64,000 bases of DNA from an uncultured Bacilli bacterium (GTDB lineage: Bacteria > Bacillota_I > Bacilli_A > RF39 > UBA660), in assembly GCA_934162195.1 (NCBI GenBank), contig CAKPHO010000002.1, positions 13,689-77,688 on the forward strand, given 5' to 3'. The notes beneath the pieces were generated by a model. The model was not told the origin of the DNA, made no database searches, and saw only the letters and a program-made list of their open reading frames with translations. A program made the translations under genes and the position numbers. This document shows positions 17,282 through 26,089 of the stretch, piece by piece (position 1 is the first letter of the stretch; each line of letters opens with the position of its first letter).

Positions 17282-19351
17282 ATGACAAAGTATCCGTTTG
17301 TTAAACAAGTAGATTTAAAAGATTGTGCTAGTTGTTGTCTTTTAATGATTATTAAATATTATAATGGGTTTGTCTCGTTAGAAAAACTTAGGGATATAAC
17401 AAAGACAACAAAGCTAGGAGTTAATGCTTATAACTTATGTGAAGGTGCTAAAGAAGTTGGATTTGAAGCCGAATGTTTAAAGGTAAGTATTGAAAATTTA
17501 GATAAAAAAGAAATTTTTTTACCTATAATCGCTCATGTTAAAATAAATAACTATGGTCATTATGTGGTTATTTATAAAGTAAATAAAAAGAAGAAATATT
17601 TGATTATTGGAGATCCGGCTTCTAAAGTAAAAAAAGTTACATTTGAAGAATTTCTTAAAATATGGAATGGAATTATAATAAATTTACATCCTTGTAGAAA
17701 AATGCCCATGGAAAATGATAACTCAATTTTTTATTTCATTGTAGAATTAATTAAACCTTTTAAAACTATCTCTATTTTCGTTTTCTTGTTATCTGTTCTT
17801 GTTATAATTTTTTCATGTGCATCATCTTTATATTTTAAGATAATTTTAGATAATATAAATACCTCGTATAATTATCTCTTGTTTATTTTTATTATTTTTT
17901 TGATTATTGAAATTATAAAGTTATTAAACACTTACCTCAGAAATAGACTTGTAATTTTTTTAAATCAAAAATTAGACATGAATATTTCTAGTAATGTTTT
18001 TGATAAAATCATTGACCTTCCTTATCAATATTATCGCAATAGGACAACTGGAGAAATAGTATCTCGCTTTAATGACCTCAACTTGATTAAAGATACTATT
18101 ATCAAAATAATAGTTAGTGTAAGTACTGATTTACCACTTTTGATTGTTTCACTTATTATTATGTTTTTCACAAGCATTAAATTAAGTATAATCCTTGTTT
18201 CATTTGTCGTTTGTTATGTAATCATGGTTATTATTTTTCACCCCTTAACAAATAAAAAAATCCATGATTTACAGTTTCAAAAAGAAGATTATACATCAAC
18301 CATAGTAGAAGCAGTAGGAGGATTTGAAACCATTAAAAACTTAAATATTGAAAGTAGTATAAAAAATAAATTTGGACTCAAGTATTATAATTTTCTAGAA
18401 AAATATTTCAAATTTCAGAGCATGATTAATTTTAAACAACTGTTAAGTGATTTAATACTTGGAGTAAGTATCACTATTATAATTTATTATTCATCAGTTC
18501 AAATATATGATAATAATTTTACGATAGGCACTTTGATGATGTTTTATACTCTTGCTAATTATTTTATCGATTCTATTAAAAATATTTTAAATTTAGATGT
18601 TAATTTTAAAGAAGCTATTAATTCACTAAAAAGAGTAGTAGGACTTTTCATTGATTATAAAGATAGTGGAATTGTTAATAATTTCAACTTTAAAAAAATT
18701 GAAATTTCTAATCTTACATATTCTTATGATAATTGTGAAACTATTCTTGATAACATTAATTTAGAAATAAATAGAGGAGAAAAAATATTAATAACCGGAT
18801 CTTCTGGTAGTGGTAAATCAACACTATTTAAAATATTGATGAAGTATTATCCAATAGATAATAATAAAGTTTTTGTTGATGATATTGATTATAATTATTT
18901 TAGTAAAAAAGCTATATCTAGTAGTATCACTTATATAAGTCAAAATGAAATATTATTTTCAGATACACTTTTAAATAACTTAAGTGTTTATAAAAAGGAT
19001 AAGTTAGAAGAAGTAATTAGTTTATGTGAGATAGATAAAATCTTGAACAAAAGAAAAATTAATTTAAATTACGTTGTAGAAGAAAATGGATTTAATTTTT
19101 CAGGAGGAGAAAAGCAACGTTTTATATTGGGACGCTCTTTACAAAAAGACTTTAAAATTTTACTTATTGATGAAGAATTAAATCAAATGGATGTAAATTT
19201 GGAAAGGAGAATCTTAAAAAGATTATTTTCTAAATATCATGATAAAACAATAATAATAGTTTCTCATCGCTTAGATAATTTAGATTTGTATGATCGAAAC
19301 ATAGAAATTAAAGATGGCAAAATAGAGAAGGATGTGAAAAAAAGTGAATAA
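17282..19351 (+). CDS. bacteriocin-processing ABC transporter with N-terminal C39 peptidase domain
   Basis: C39 catalytic context (QVDLKDCASCCLLMI; HYVVIY), 6-TM domain, Walker A GSSGSGKST, signature FSGGEKQR, Walker B LLIDEE. ATG 17282 follows GAGGAGGG. Confidence 0.9.
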   Translation: MTKYPFVKQVDLKDCASCCLLMIIKYYNGFVSLEKLRDITKTTKLGVNAYNLCEGAKEVGFEAECLKVSIENLDKKEIFLPIIAHVKINNYGHYVVIYKVNKKKKYLIIGDPASKVKKVTFEEFLKIWNGIIINLHPCRKMPMENDNSIFYFIVELIKPFKTISIFVFLLSVLVIIFSCASSLYFKIILDNINTSYNYLLFIFIIFLIIEIIKLLNTYLRNRLVIFLNQKLDMNISSNVFDKIIDLPYQYYRNRTTGEIVSRFNDLNLIKDTIIKIIVSVSTDLPLLIVSLIIMFFTSIKLSIILVSFVVCYVIMVIIFHPLTNKKIHDLQFQKEDYTSTIVEAVGGFETIKNLNIESSIKNKFGLKYYNFLEKYFKFQSMINFKQLLSDLILGVSITIIIYYSSVQIYDNNFTIGTLMMFYTLANYFIDSIKNILNLDVNFKEAINSLKRVVGLFIDYKDSGIVNNFNFKKIEISNLTYSYDNCETILDNINLEINRGEKILITGSSGSGKSTLFKILMKYYPIDNNKVFVDDIDYNYFSKKAISSSITYISQNEILFSDTLLNNLSVYKKDKLEEVISLCEIDKILNKRKINLNYVVEENGFNFSGGEKQRFILGRSLQKDFKILLIDEELNQMDVNLERRILKRLFSKYHDKTIIIVSHRLDNLDLYDRNIEIKDGKIEKDVKKSE

Positions 19352-19766
19352 GTATCAAGAACTAATATTTAGAAAGAATCCTCACTGTATTTTCACTACA
19401 ACAATAAGTCTAACTATTATATTACTAACACTTATTATTATTAGCTGCTTTTATAAATATAATAGATATTATTATTTTAATGGAATAAAAAACGAGGAAG
19501 GAGGAAATAATTGTGTTAATATCTTGGTTCCACATGATGAAGTGGATATTATCAAGAATAATGATCTCTTTATAAATAAGAAAAAGATTGGTTTCTCTTA
19601 TGAAATAACAAGTGATTATTATAATGATTCTAATAAAATATATAATAATGTAATAATGCACTTTGATACTAATATTGATGTTAATGTAGTTAAACTAGTT
19701 TTTGAATCTAGTAAAACAACATTTATGAAAGAAATTATAAAAAAAATTAAGAAGGGAATGATATAA
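19344..19766 (+). CDS. small membrane-anchored accessory protein of the bacteriocin export locus
   Basis: It overlaps the ABC gene stop and has one TM followed by a ~100-aa domain. The position matches bacteriocin secretion accessory proteins, but it is much shorter than HlyD-type partners. Confidence 0.4.
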   Translation: MNKYQELIFRKNPHCIFTTTISLTIILLTLIIISCFYKYNRYYYFNGIKNEEGGNNCVNILVPHDEVDIIKNNDLFINKKKIGFSYEITSDYYNDSNKIYNNVIMHFDTNIDVNVVKLVFESSKTTFMKEIIKKIKKGMI

Positions 19767-19906
19767 TGAATAAATTAAAAAAAGAAGAAATGTTAAAAGT
19801 TAATGGTGGTGGATTTAGTTTTGGTTTTTGGGCTTTAATTGGTAGTGGTATTGTTTTTATAGTTGGACTTATAGACGGGTTTGTTCGTCCGCTAAAATGT
19901 AATTAG
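19766..19906 (+). CDS. double-glycine leader bacteriocin precursor 1 (46 aa)
   Basis: MNKLKKEEMLKVNGG / GFSFGFWALIGSGIVFIVGLIDGFVRPLKCN. The start overlaps the upstream stop (TAATG), and the ORF is absent from the ORF track. Confidence 0.75.
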   Translation: MNKLKKEEMLKVNGGGFSFGFWALIGSGIVFIVGLIDGFVRPLKCN

Positions 19907-19914
19907 GAGGTACT

Positions 19915-20076
19915 ATGAAATTAGGAAAAAAAGAAATGTTAGAAATATATGGTGGAGCTATTTCAGGAACTTTATTTAGTTCTATCGTAAGAGGAATTAG
20001 TGCAATGTTAGATTTAGGTAGAAGCTTAGGTTCTGCTATCAGAAGGCTAACTGCTAATCGTTTATGTCAAATATAA
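19915..20076 (+). CDS. double-glycine leader bacteriocin precursor 2 (53 aa)
   Basis: MKLGKKEMLEIYGG / AISGTLFSSIVRGISAMLDLGRSLGSAIRRLTANRLCQI. RBS AGGAGG lies 7 nt upstream, and the ORF is absent from the ORF track. Confidence 0.75.
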   Translation: MKLGKKEMLEIYGGAISGTLFSSIVRGISAMLDLGRSLGSAIRRLTANRLCQI

Positions 20077-20228
20077 TAAGTTTTATAGAAAAGAATAAAA
20101 AAATCTTATTACTCGTATTATTTATTCTTTTAATACCAATTATAGAGCCAATTGTAGAAGTACTTGGAAAGATTCTATTTTACCTTGGTAAATATATAGG
20201 AACTTTTACGAGAAAAATAATGATTTAA
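20064..20228 (+). CDS. candidate immunity protein (54-aa membrane peptide)
   Basis: MSNIISFIEKNKKILLLVLFILLIPIIEPIVEVLGKILFYLGKYIGTFTRKIMI. It overlaps the end of precursor 2 by 13 nt, and the operon terminator follows. Confidence 0.4.
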   Translation: MSNIISFIEKNKKILLLVLFILLIPIIEPIVEVLGKILFYLGKYIGTFTRKIMI

Positions 20229-20230
20229 CT

Positions 20231-20260
20231 AAAAAAGTGGTTTTTTATGCCACTTTTTTT
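20231..20260 (+). terminator. intrinsic terminator of the bacteriocin operon
   Basis: AAAAAAGTGG-(loop)-CCACTTTTTTT. Confidence 0.7.
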
Positions 20261-20357
20261 GCAAATTACTAAGTAAAACAACGATTAAATAAAATTTTTC
20301 TTGTAATAAATAATAATTGGTGTTATAATATTGACAGTCAAGAAGGGAGGGATATAG

Positions 20358-20555
20358 ATGTCTACAGTAGTAGTAAAGAACGGAAACGTTGAAGGTGCAT
20401 TACGTACTATGAAACAAAAAAATATGAGAGACGGCCTCCTAAAAGCAGTTAGAGAAAGAAACGAAGGTTATATGAAACCAGGCGTTAAAAGAAGATTAGC
20501 TAAAAAAGAAGCAATCCGTAATAGTCGTAAAAGAAATAGAGAAAGAGATTATTAG
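20358..20555 (+). CDS. rpsU: 30S ribosomal protein S21
   Basis: 65-aa basic protein: VVVKNGNVEGALRTMKQK...KPGVKRRLAKKEA. Confidence 0.9.
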   Translation: MSTVVVKNGNVEGALRTMKQKNMRDGLLKAVRERNEGYMKPGVKRRLAKKEAIRNSRKRNRERDY

Positions 20556-20593
20556 TAGAACCAATTAAGGTTCTCTTTTTGAAAGGTGATACT

Positions 20594-21040
20594 ATGAAAG
20601 AAAAGATTTTAATTGATTTAAAAAATGCGATGAAAAATCAAAATAGAGATTTATTATCAGTAATTAGAATGGTTAAGGGCGCTATCCAATTAGAAGAGAT
20701 AAAAGTAAAACATGAACTTAATGATGAAGAAATTATTACTATTATTGGTAGAGAAATAAAAACAAGACGTGAATCAATTAAAGAATTTGAAAAAGGTGGA
20801 AGACAAGATTTAATTGATAAAACACAAAAAGAAATTGATATACTAAGTAAGTATATGCCAGCTCAAATGAGTGAAGAAGAAGTGTTGAAAGTAATTGATG
20901 AAGTGTTTGCAAAAGTAAATCCTACCGGTCCTTCAGATATGGGAAAAGTCATGGGAGCAATCGCACCAATGGTTAAAGGTAAAGCTGATTTAGGTTTTGT
21001 TAATAATAAAATAAAAGAAAGATTAGCTAATTTAAAATAG
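20594..21040 (+). CDS. yqeY: GatB/YqeY domain-containing protein
   Basis: LKNAMKNQNRDLLSVIRMVKGAIQ...EIKTRRESIKEFEKGGRQDL...MGKVMG. The rpsU-yqeY order is conserved. Confidence 0.85.
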   Translation: MKEKILIDLKNAMKNQNRDLLSVIRMVKGAIQLEEIKVKHELNDEEIITIIGREIKTRRESIKEFEKGGRQDLIDKTQKEIDILSKYMPAQMSEEEVLKVIDEVFAKVNPTGPSDMGKVMGAIAPMVKGKADLGFVNNKIKERLANLK

Positions 21041-21085
21041 ATATATTTATTTATATCTATTTTTTTGTTATAATGTCTTTGTAAT

Positions 21086-21161
21086 GCTGAAATAGCTCAG
21101 CTGGTAGAGCAGCTCCCTCGTAAAGAGCAGGTCGGGGGTTCAAATCCCTTTTTCAGCACCA
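21086..21161 (+). tRNA. tRNA-Thr (anticodon CGT), CCA encoded
   Basis: Hand-folded cloverleaf: acceptor GCTGAAA/TTTCAGC, D arm GCTC/GAGC, anticodon loop CTCGTAA, T arm GGGGG-TTCAAAT-CCCTT. An extended -10 TGTTATAAT lies at ~21066. Confidence 0.8.
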
Positions 21162-21164
21162 TAT

Positions 21165-21238
21165 GCCGATATAGTTTAGTGGTAAAATAGGTCATTGGTA
21201 ATGATCAGCGGATAGTTCAATTCTATCTTTCGGCACCA
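21165..21238 (+). tRNA. tRNA-Thr (anticodon GGT), CCA encoded
   Basis: Acceptor GCCGATA/TTTCGGC (one U-U mismatch), anticodon stem GGTCA/TGATC with loop TTGGTAA, T arm GATAG-TTCAATT-CTATC. A hairpin terminator follows at ~21279-21316. Confidence 0.7.
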
Positions 21239-21406
21239 TTAGAAAATTTATTTATATTTTTATAAGTTTGGATTTGACATAAAAAATATCAATTTTAAAA
21301 TAGATTGATATTTTTTGTTGACTTAAAATATTATAGTAGAAAAATTTTAATTGATTTCTGTTAGAACAGTTAATTTTCATGTTATAATAAAATAGGTGAT
21401 AACTCT

Positions 21407-23917
21407 ATGGAAATAAATTACAATGATGCACTTCAACAAACAATGCTTAATTGGAAATATTATGATAAAAATATGGATCCATTTTATGGTTGCCTAATAT
21501 CATATCTAATAGAAGTTGGCGGTTACAAATTAAGTAAAGATGGAAGTGAACGTGATCAAGTAAAAAAGATAGAAATTATTTTAAAAAATGAACCCAAAAT
21601 ATTTAAAGGTATACTTAAAATATTGATGCAAAATGAATTTTCTGGTAATTTAGGTTTTAGATATCAATATAGAAACACGCTTTATAAAGGGCGTGATGAA
21701 GAAAATCATTTTAGTATACTAAAATTTAAAATAATCGATGATAAATTATATGTGTATGACTTAATTGTCAGTAGAGAAAATAGAAAATATGTAGAAATTA
21801 AAAAAATAAATAACGTTGATGCTAATGAGCTTATAGCTTTGTTAAAAAATGATGGATATTCTGAGGAAGAAATAGAAATTCTACTTCAGCACAAAGAGGT
21901 ATTGCAAGCTTATGGTATTGACAGTTTATCTTATACTATAACAGTGTTAAATAATAATTTAATTAACATGCAACTAGATGATCCAAATATTAAATTAGAT
22001 TTTTCTATTTTCTACAAAGAACACGCTAAATCTAATTTGCTCACTAAGACTAATTTTTCTTTAAAACCTGGAACAAGTGATAGTAATGCTTCTTATGGTT
22101 ATGATAGTAATATAAAGTTATTATTTTTGTTGCATGGTCTATGTAAAAGCCAAAAAGATTTATCTTTTTTTGAGAATGCATATAAGAAAAATGTTGGTTT
22201 GTTAGGCGATGGTAGTAATACAGATATTAATGTAGATTGGGTGTTTTTGAGTAGCTTCTTTTTATTTAATCGCGAAGAAAAGAATACATTGCCTGATTAC
22301 TTGTATCTTGATTTAGAAAGAAAACTTAAATTGGTTAGTCCATATGGGGCAATGTGCATATTTTTAGATGAAAATAATAAAGAAGTATCTTATCAATCTA
22401 ACTCAACACAATTAGATTATGGAAGTAATGATTATATACTAAAAGATGGAAAACTTGATTCAAAAATGTTATTTCATGCTATAAGAAACGCTTTAGCTCA
22501 CTCATCGTATGAAGTTATTGATAAAAATTATATTCGTATTTTTGGATATAATAATGAAGGTGTAATGAATTGTAATTTTAAAATTCATAGAGATATGGTA
22601 ATTGAATTTATTAATAAATTATCGGCCTATAATAACTTTGGAAATATATTTCCAATATGCACATTGGAAAAACCAAATTATGCTAATAATCCCATTTTAA
22701 CAAAAGAAGATTTAAAAAGCTATTTAGAAAGCATTATTATTTCAGATATTACTAATGTTAAGTATCAAGACTTAGACGCCTTAAAAAAGCTTCAAATGTA
22801 TGCACAGCGTTTTGTCAAAGAGGAAAACAAAGAGGTAAATAAAAATATAGATTATAAATTTTTAGAAGTGCTTGAATATGATTATGAACGAAAAATTCAT
22901 TACCTAAAACAAGAATTACAAAGCCCTATGACAGTAAAGCCTGAATTTGTTGAATTTATTACCAAATCACGACTTAAGTATTTCTTAGATTATAAATTAG
23001 AAGAATATAGGTTATCCGAAATACAAATTAATAAAATTGTTGAAAAAATAGAACAAATATCTGATACTTTTTATGGACATAGTGCAACAAACCAACATGC
23101 AATAATAACTGAATTAATAAGAAATCAAATAAATCCAAGTAGAAATATATCAATGATTATAGAAGATATTATTGAAACAAGTGATAAATCTAATGGCACA
23201 ATTATGGATATGTTAAATGATACTTCTATAAAATATATTGATTATGATAAAGTACTAAAAGCAACCATTATAGCGTATTTAAATAATATACTTTTATATA
23301 GTTATAATGGTACAAAAATTGATTTGAGTGATTTAAATTTTTCAAAATTAAAGTGTGATATTGATTTTGAAAAATTGATTTCTGATAAGCAAAAAAGACT
23401 CAATGATTTGAGAAGAGAAAATAGTAATATTTGCAAGACTAATAGAAAGAAGAAAAAAAGAATTAGTGATATAACTATTCGACTTAAAAAAATAACTGAT
23501 GAAGAAGAAAGAAATAGGTTGATTGAAGAAAAACAAATCCTTGAAGATAGCCTTCGCCAAGATGATAACTCTAAACAAGAAGAAAACATTAAAGAAATGA
23601 CTGATTTAATAAATGATTTAGAAGATTTAAATAACAGGAGATTGGATAGTCCTTTTATAAGTGCTTATATATTAGAACATTTGAGAAATTCTCTTGCCCA
23701 TGGAAATATATTCTTTTCTGATACAATTGATTTAAATGATATAGGAGATTTGCAAATAACATTTATAGATTATTATCCTGATACAACAGACGAATCGTTT
23801 AAAGCCACAATTAAGCTTGAACAATTATTGACTATATTGAATAATGATAAATTTATTAGCAGTATTTTTGCAAATACACATAAAAAATCTATTGATAATC
23901 ATTCTCAAAAAAACTAG
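21407..23917 (+). CDS. tandem-HEPN-motif protein, 836 aa, unknown family
   Basis: Two RX4H motifs in similar sequence context: IRNALAH (R360-H365, nt 22484-22501) and LRNSLAH (R760-H765, nt 23684-23701). A Lys/Glu-rich coiled-coil-like stretch lies between them. The gene has its own extended -10 promoter (TGTTATAAT ~21381). Confidence 0.6.
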   Translation: MEINYNDALQQTMLNWKYYDKNMDPFYGCLISYLIEVGGYKLSKDGSERDQVKKIEIILKNEPKIFKGILKILMQNEFSGNLGFRYQYRNTLYKGRDEENHFSILKFKIIDDKLYVYDLIVSRENRKYVEIKKINNVDANELIALLKNDGYSEEEIEILLQHKEVLQAYGIDSLSYTITVLNNNLINMQLDDPNIKLDFSIFYKEHAKSNLLTKTNFSLKPGTSDSNASYGYDSNIKLLFLLHGLCKSQKDLSFFENAYKKNVGLLGDGSNTDINVDWVFLSSFFLFNREEKNTLPDYLYLDLERKLKLVSPYGAMCIFLDENNKEVSYQSNSTQLDYGSNDYILKDGKLDSKMLFHAIRNALAHSSYEVIDKNYIRIFGYNNEGVMNCNFKIHRDMVIEFINKLSAYNNFGNIFPICTLEKPNYANNPILTKEDLKSYLESIIISDITNVKYQDLDALKKLQMYAQRFVKEENKEVNKNIDYKFLEVLEYDYERKIHYLKQELQSPMTVKPEFVEFITKSRLKYFLDYKLEEYRLSEIQINKIVEKIEQISDTFYGHSATNQHAIITELIRNQINPSRNISMIIEDIIETSDKSNGTIMDMLNDTSIKYIDYDKVLKATIIAYLNNILLYSYNGTKIDLSDLNFSKLKCDIDFEKLISDKQKRLNDLRRENSNICKTNRKKKKRISDITIRLKKITDEEERNRLIEEKQILEDSLRQDDNSKQEENIKEMTDLINDLEDLNNRRLDSPFISAYILEHLRNSLAHGNIFFSDTIDLNDIGDLQITFIDYYPDTTDESFKATIKLEQLLTILNNDKFISSIFANTHKKSIDNHSQKN

Positions 23918-24068
23918 TGAAAACTAATTAAATTGCGTTTAAATTAGAATTTGACAAAAACAAAAAAATGTATATAATATATAGCAACAACGGGGATAAA
24001 GACTGATTTGACAATATATAAGTAATGTGTTAGAATATAGCACATTCAGTAAGAAGAGGGGGATTTAT

Positions 24069-25043
24069 ATGAAAAATAAAGATACTTTATATGAAGAATC
24101 AAAAAAAGCTGTTCAAGAAGGTGAAAACAACAAATCATCACAAATAGTTGTGTATACACCACAAGAAGAAATGGCTAAGAAAAAATTTAAGTTAACTAAA
24201 AATAAAAAAGTAAGAGTTGTTGCTGGTACTTTAGCGTTCCTTGTTCTTTTAGGAGCAATCGTACTTGGTGCTAGATCTTGTAAAAAAGATAATAGAAATA
24301 CTGGCGCTGAGACTACAGTTTCATATAGTGATGATGAATTAAAAGTAATTTATATTGATAAAGAAACATATTTACAAAATGTTCAAACTTTAGCTCAATA
24401 CTTAAATAATTACGGTAATAAAAATGTTAAACCTGTTGATGTAAATAGTTTTTATTACCTAGCTAACATGGATAATATTAAATCTTCTACTTTTAAAGAA
24501 TTAGTTGAAGAAGGATATTTACCAGAAAGTGAAACTGATATTATTATTCAAGCTTTAGGTATCATGGATGATTTAAGAGATACAGTTGCTTTAGAAGGTA
24601 TTGCTGGAAAAGAAGCTTCAGTTGATTATTCTAAAATATTTGTAAACTCTAGAACAGCTAAAGTATTTAGTTCTGCTCAAGATGTATACAATGACGCTGT
24701 AAGAACATCACAAGGTGATACTAGAGATAGTATTTTAGAAGATAAAAGTGCTCCAATTAAAGATCAATTAACTAAATTAGGTGAAATAGAAGATAATTAT
24801 GAATTAGGAGAAAATACATTAAATGTAAATATTCCTGAATTTGGTACATTATCTGCTGCTGAACAAGTACTTTATTACAATCTTCAATCAAAAACATTTG
24901 ATATATTATTAGCTAATTATGGTGTATCAGTTGGTGGAGAGGCAAGAGATTATCGTATCGATGATATTTCTAACTTAGTAGTTTCATTACGTGATGAATT
25001 TGCTTGTCTACAAGATGAAAAGGGAAAAACTTATCAAAAATAG
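24069..25043 (+). CDS. single-pass membrane protein, unknown function
   Basis: RBS GAGGGGGA precedes ATG 24069. A ~60-aa cytoplasmic N-terminus and one TM (AGTLAFLVLLGAIVLGA) are followed by a ~240-aa external domain. No family was recognised. Confidence 0.4.
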   Translation: MKNKDTLYEESKKAVQEGENNKSSQIVVYTPQEEMAKKKFKLTKNKKVRVVAGTLAFLVLLGAIVLGARSCKKDNRNTGAETTVSYSDDELKVIYIDKETYLQNVQTLAQYLNNYGNKNVKPVDVNSFYYLANMDNIKSSTFKELVEEGYLPESETDIIIQALGIMDDLRDTVALEGIAGKEASVDYSKIFVNSRTAKVFSSAQDVYNDAVRTSQGDTRDSILEDKSAPIKDQLTKLGEIEDNYELGENTLNVNIPEFGTLSAAEQVLYYNLQSKTFDILLANYGVSVGGEARDYRIDDISNLVVSLRDEFACLQDEKGKTYQK

Positions 25044-25091
25044 TCAATGTGACTATTTTTTTTCTTTTTCATAAAATATATTGGTGATGAT

Positions 25092-26048
25092 ATGAATAGT
25101 TTAATAGGTAATACACCTCTAATAAAAATAAAATACGAGTATAATAGTAAAATTGAAGAAATATATACTAAGTTAGAGTATTACAATCTAACAGGTAGTA
25201 TAAAAGATAGAATGGCTGATTTTATTATAAAAGAAGCTTATAAAAGTAAATTGTTGGTAAAAGGTCAAGCTATAATAGAAGCTACTAGTGGTAATACTGG
25301 TATATCGCTTGCTTCAATAGGGGCTTTCTATCATAATCCTGTATATATATTTATGCCTGATTGGGTAAGCAGTGAAAGAAAAAAGATAATGGAAATGTAT
25401 GGAGCTACAGTAACGTTAATAAGCAAAGAAGAAGGGGGATTTAAAAGATGTATAGAAGAAGCTGAACGTTTAGCTTCTAAAATTAATGGTTTTAGAGTTA
25501 ATCAATTTAGTAATCCAAATAATCTTTTAGCCCATTTTCAAACCACGGGTGCAGAAATAATAAATAAGTTGAAAAAAGTAGATGGGTTTGTTAGTGGTAT
25601 TGGTACTGGTGGAACTTTGATGGGTACTGCTAGTAAGATAAAAGAGGTTAATAATAATTTAGTAGTATGTGCTGTAGAACCTAAAGAACTTCCTATATTA
25701 AAAAATGAAAATAGTGTAGGAAGTCATAAAATAGATGGTATAGGGGATGATTTTATACCTGAACTTTTAGATAGAAATAAAATAGATGTTATTTATGATA
25801 TTAGTGATGAAGATGCAATAAATATGTCGCGATTACTTTCATCTAAACTAGGATTAGGTGTTGGAATATCAAGTGGATGTAATTTTTTAGGTAGTATTTT
25901 ATTAAATGAAGAACTAGATGGTAATATTGTTACAGTATTTCCTGATGATAATAAAAAGTATCTTAGTACAAATTTAAGTAAAGGAATCAGCAAAGATGAG
26001 AAATTAATATCAAATAAAATAAAACTAATATCTTACGAAATAGTTTAA
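25092..26048 (+). CDS. cysK: cysteine synthase (PLP-dependent, CysK/CysM family)
   Basis: The SIKDR lysine motif, TSGNTGISLA and GIGTGGT are present. Confidence 0.85.
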   Translation: MNSLIGNTPLIKIKYEYNSKIEEIYTKLEYYNLTGSIKDRMADFIIKEAYKSKLLVKGQAIIEATSGNTGISLASIGAFYHNPVYIFMPDWVSSERKKIMEMYGATVTLISKEEGGFKRCIEEAERLASKINGFRVNQFSNPNNLLAHFQTTGAEIINKLKKVDGFVSGIGTGGTLMGTASKIKEVNNNLVVCAVEPKELPILKNENSVGSHKIDGIGDDFIPELLDRNKIDVIYDISDEDAINMSRLLSSKLGLGVGISSGCNFLGSILLNEELDGNIVTVFPDDNKKYLSTNLSKGISKDEKLISNKIKLISYEIV

Positions 26049-26089
26049 AATGTAATAAATTATGATATAATTAATATGGAGTTGATTAT

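Noticed and set aside
21239-21406. Looked for a CRISPR array or repeat units flanking the tandem-HEPN gene, in this spacer and in 23918-24068.
   Set aside because: Each flank is only ~150 bp. They contain a tRNA terminator hairpin and promoter-like elements, but no direct repeats of 20 nt or more. No CRISPR array is visible anywhere in the window.
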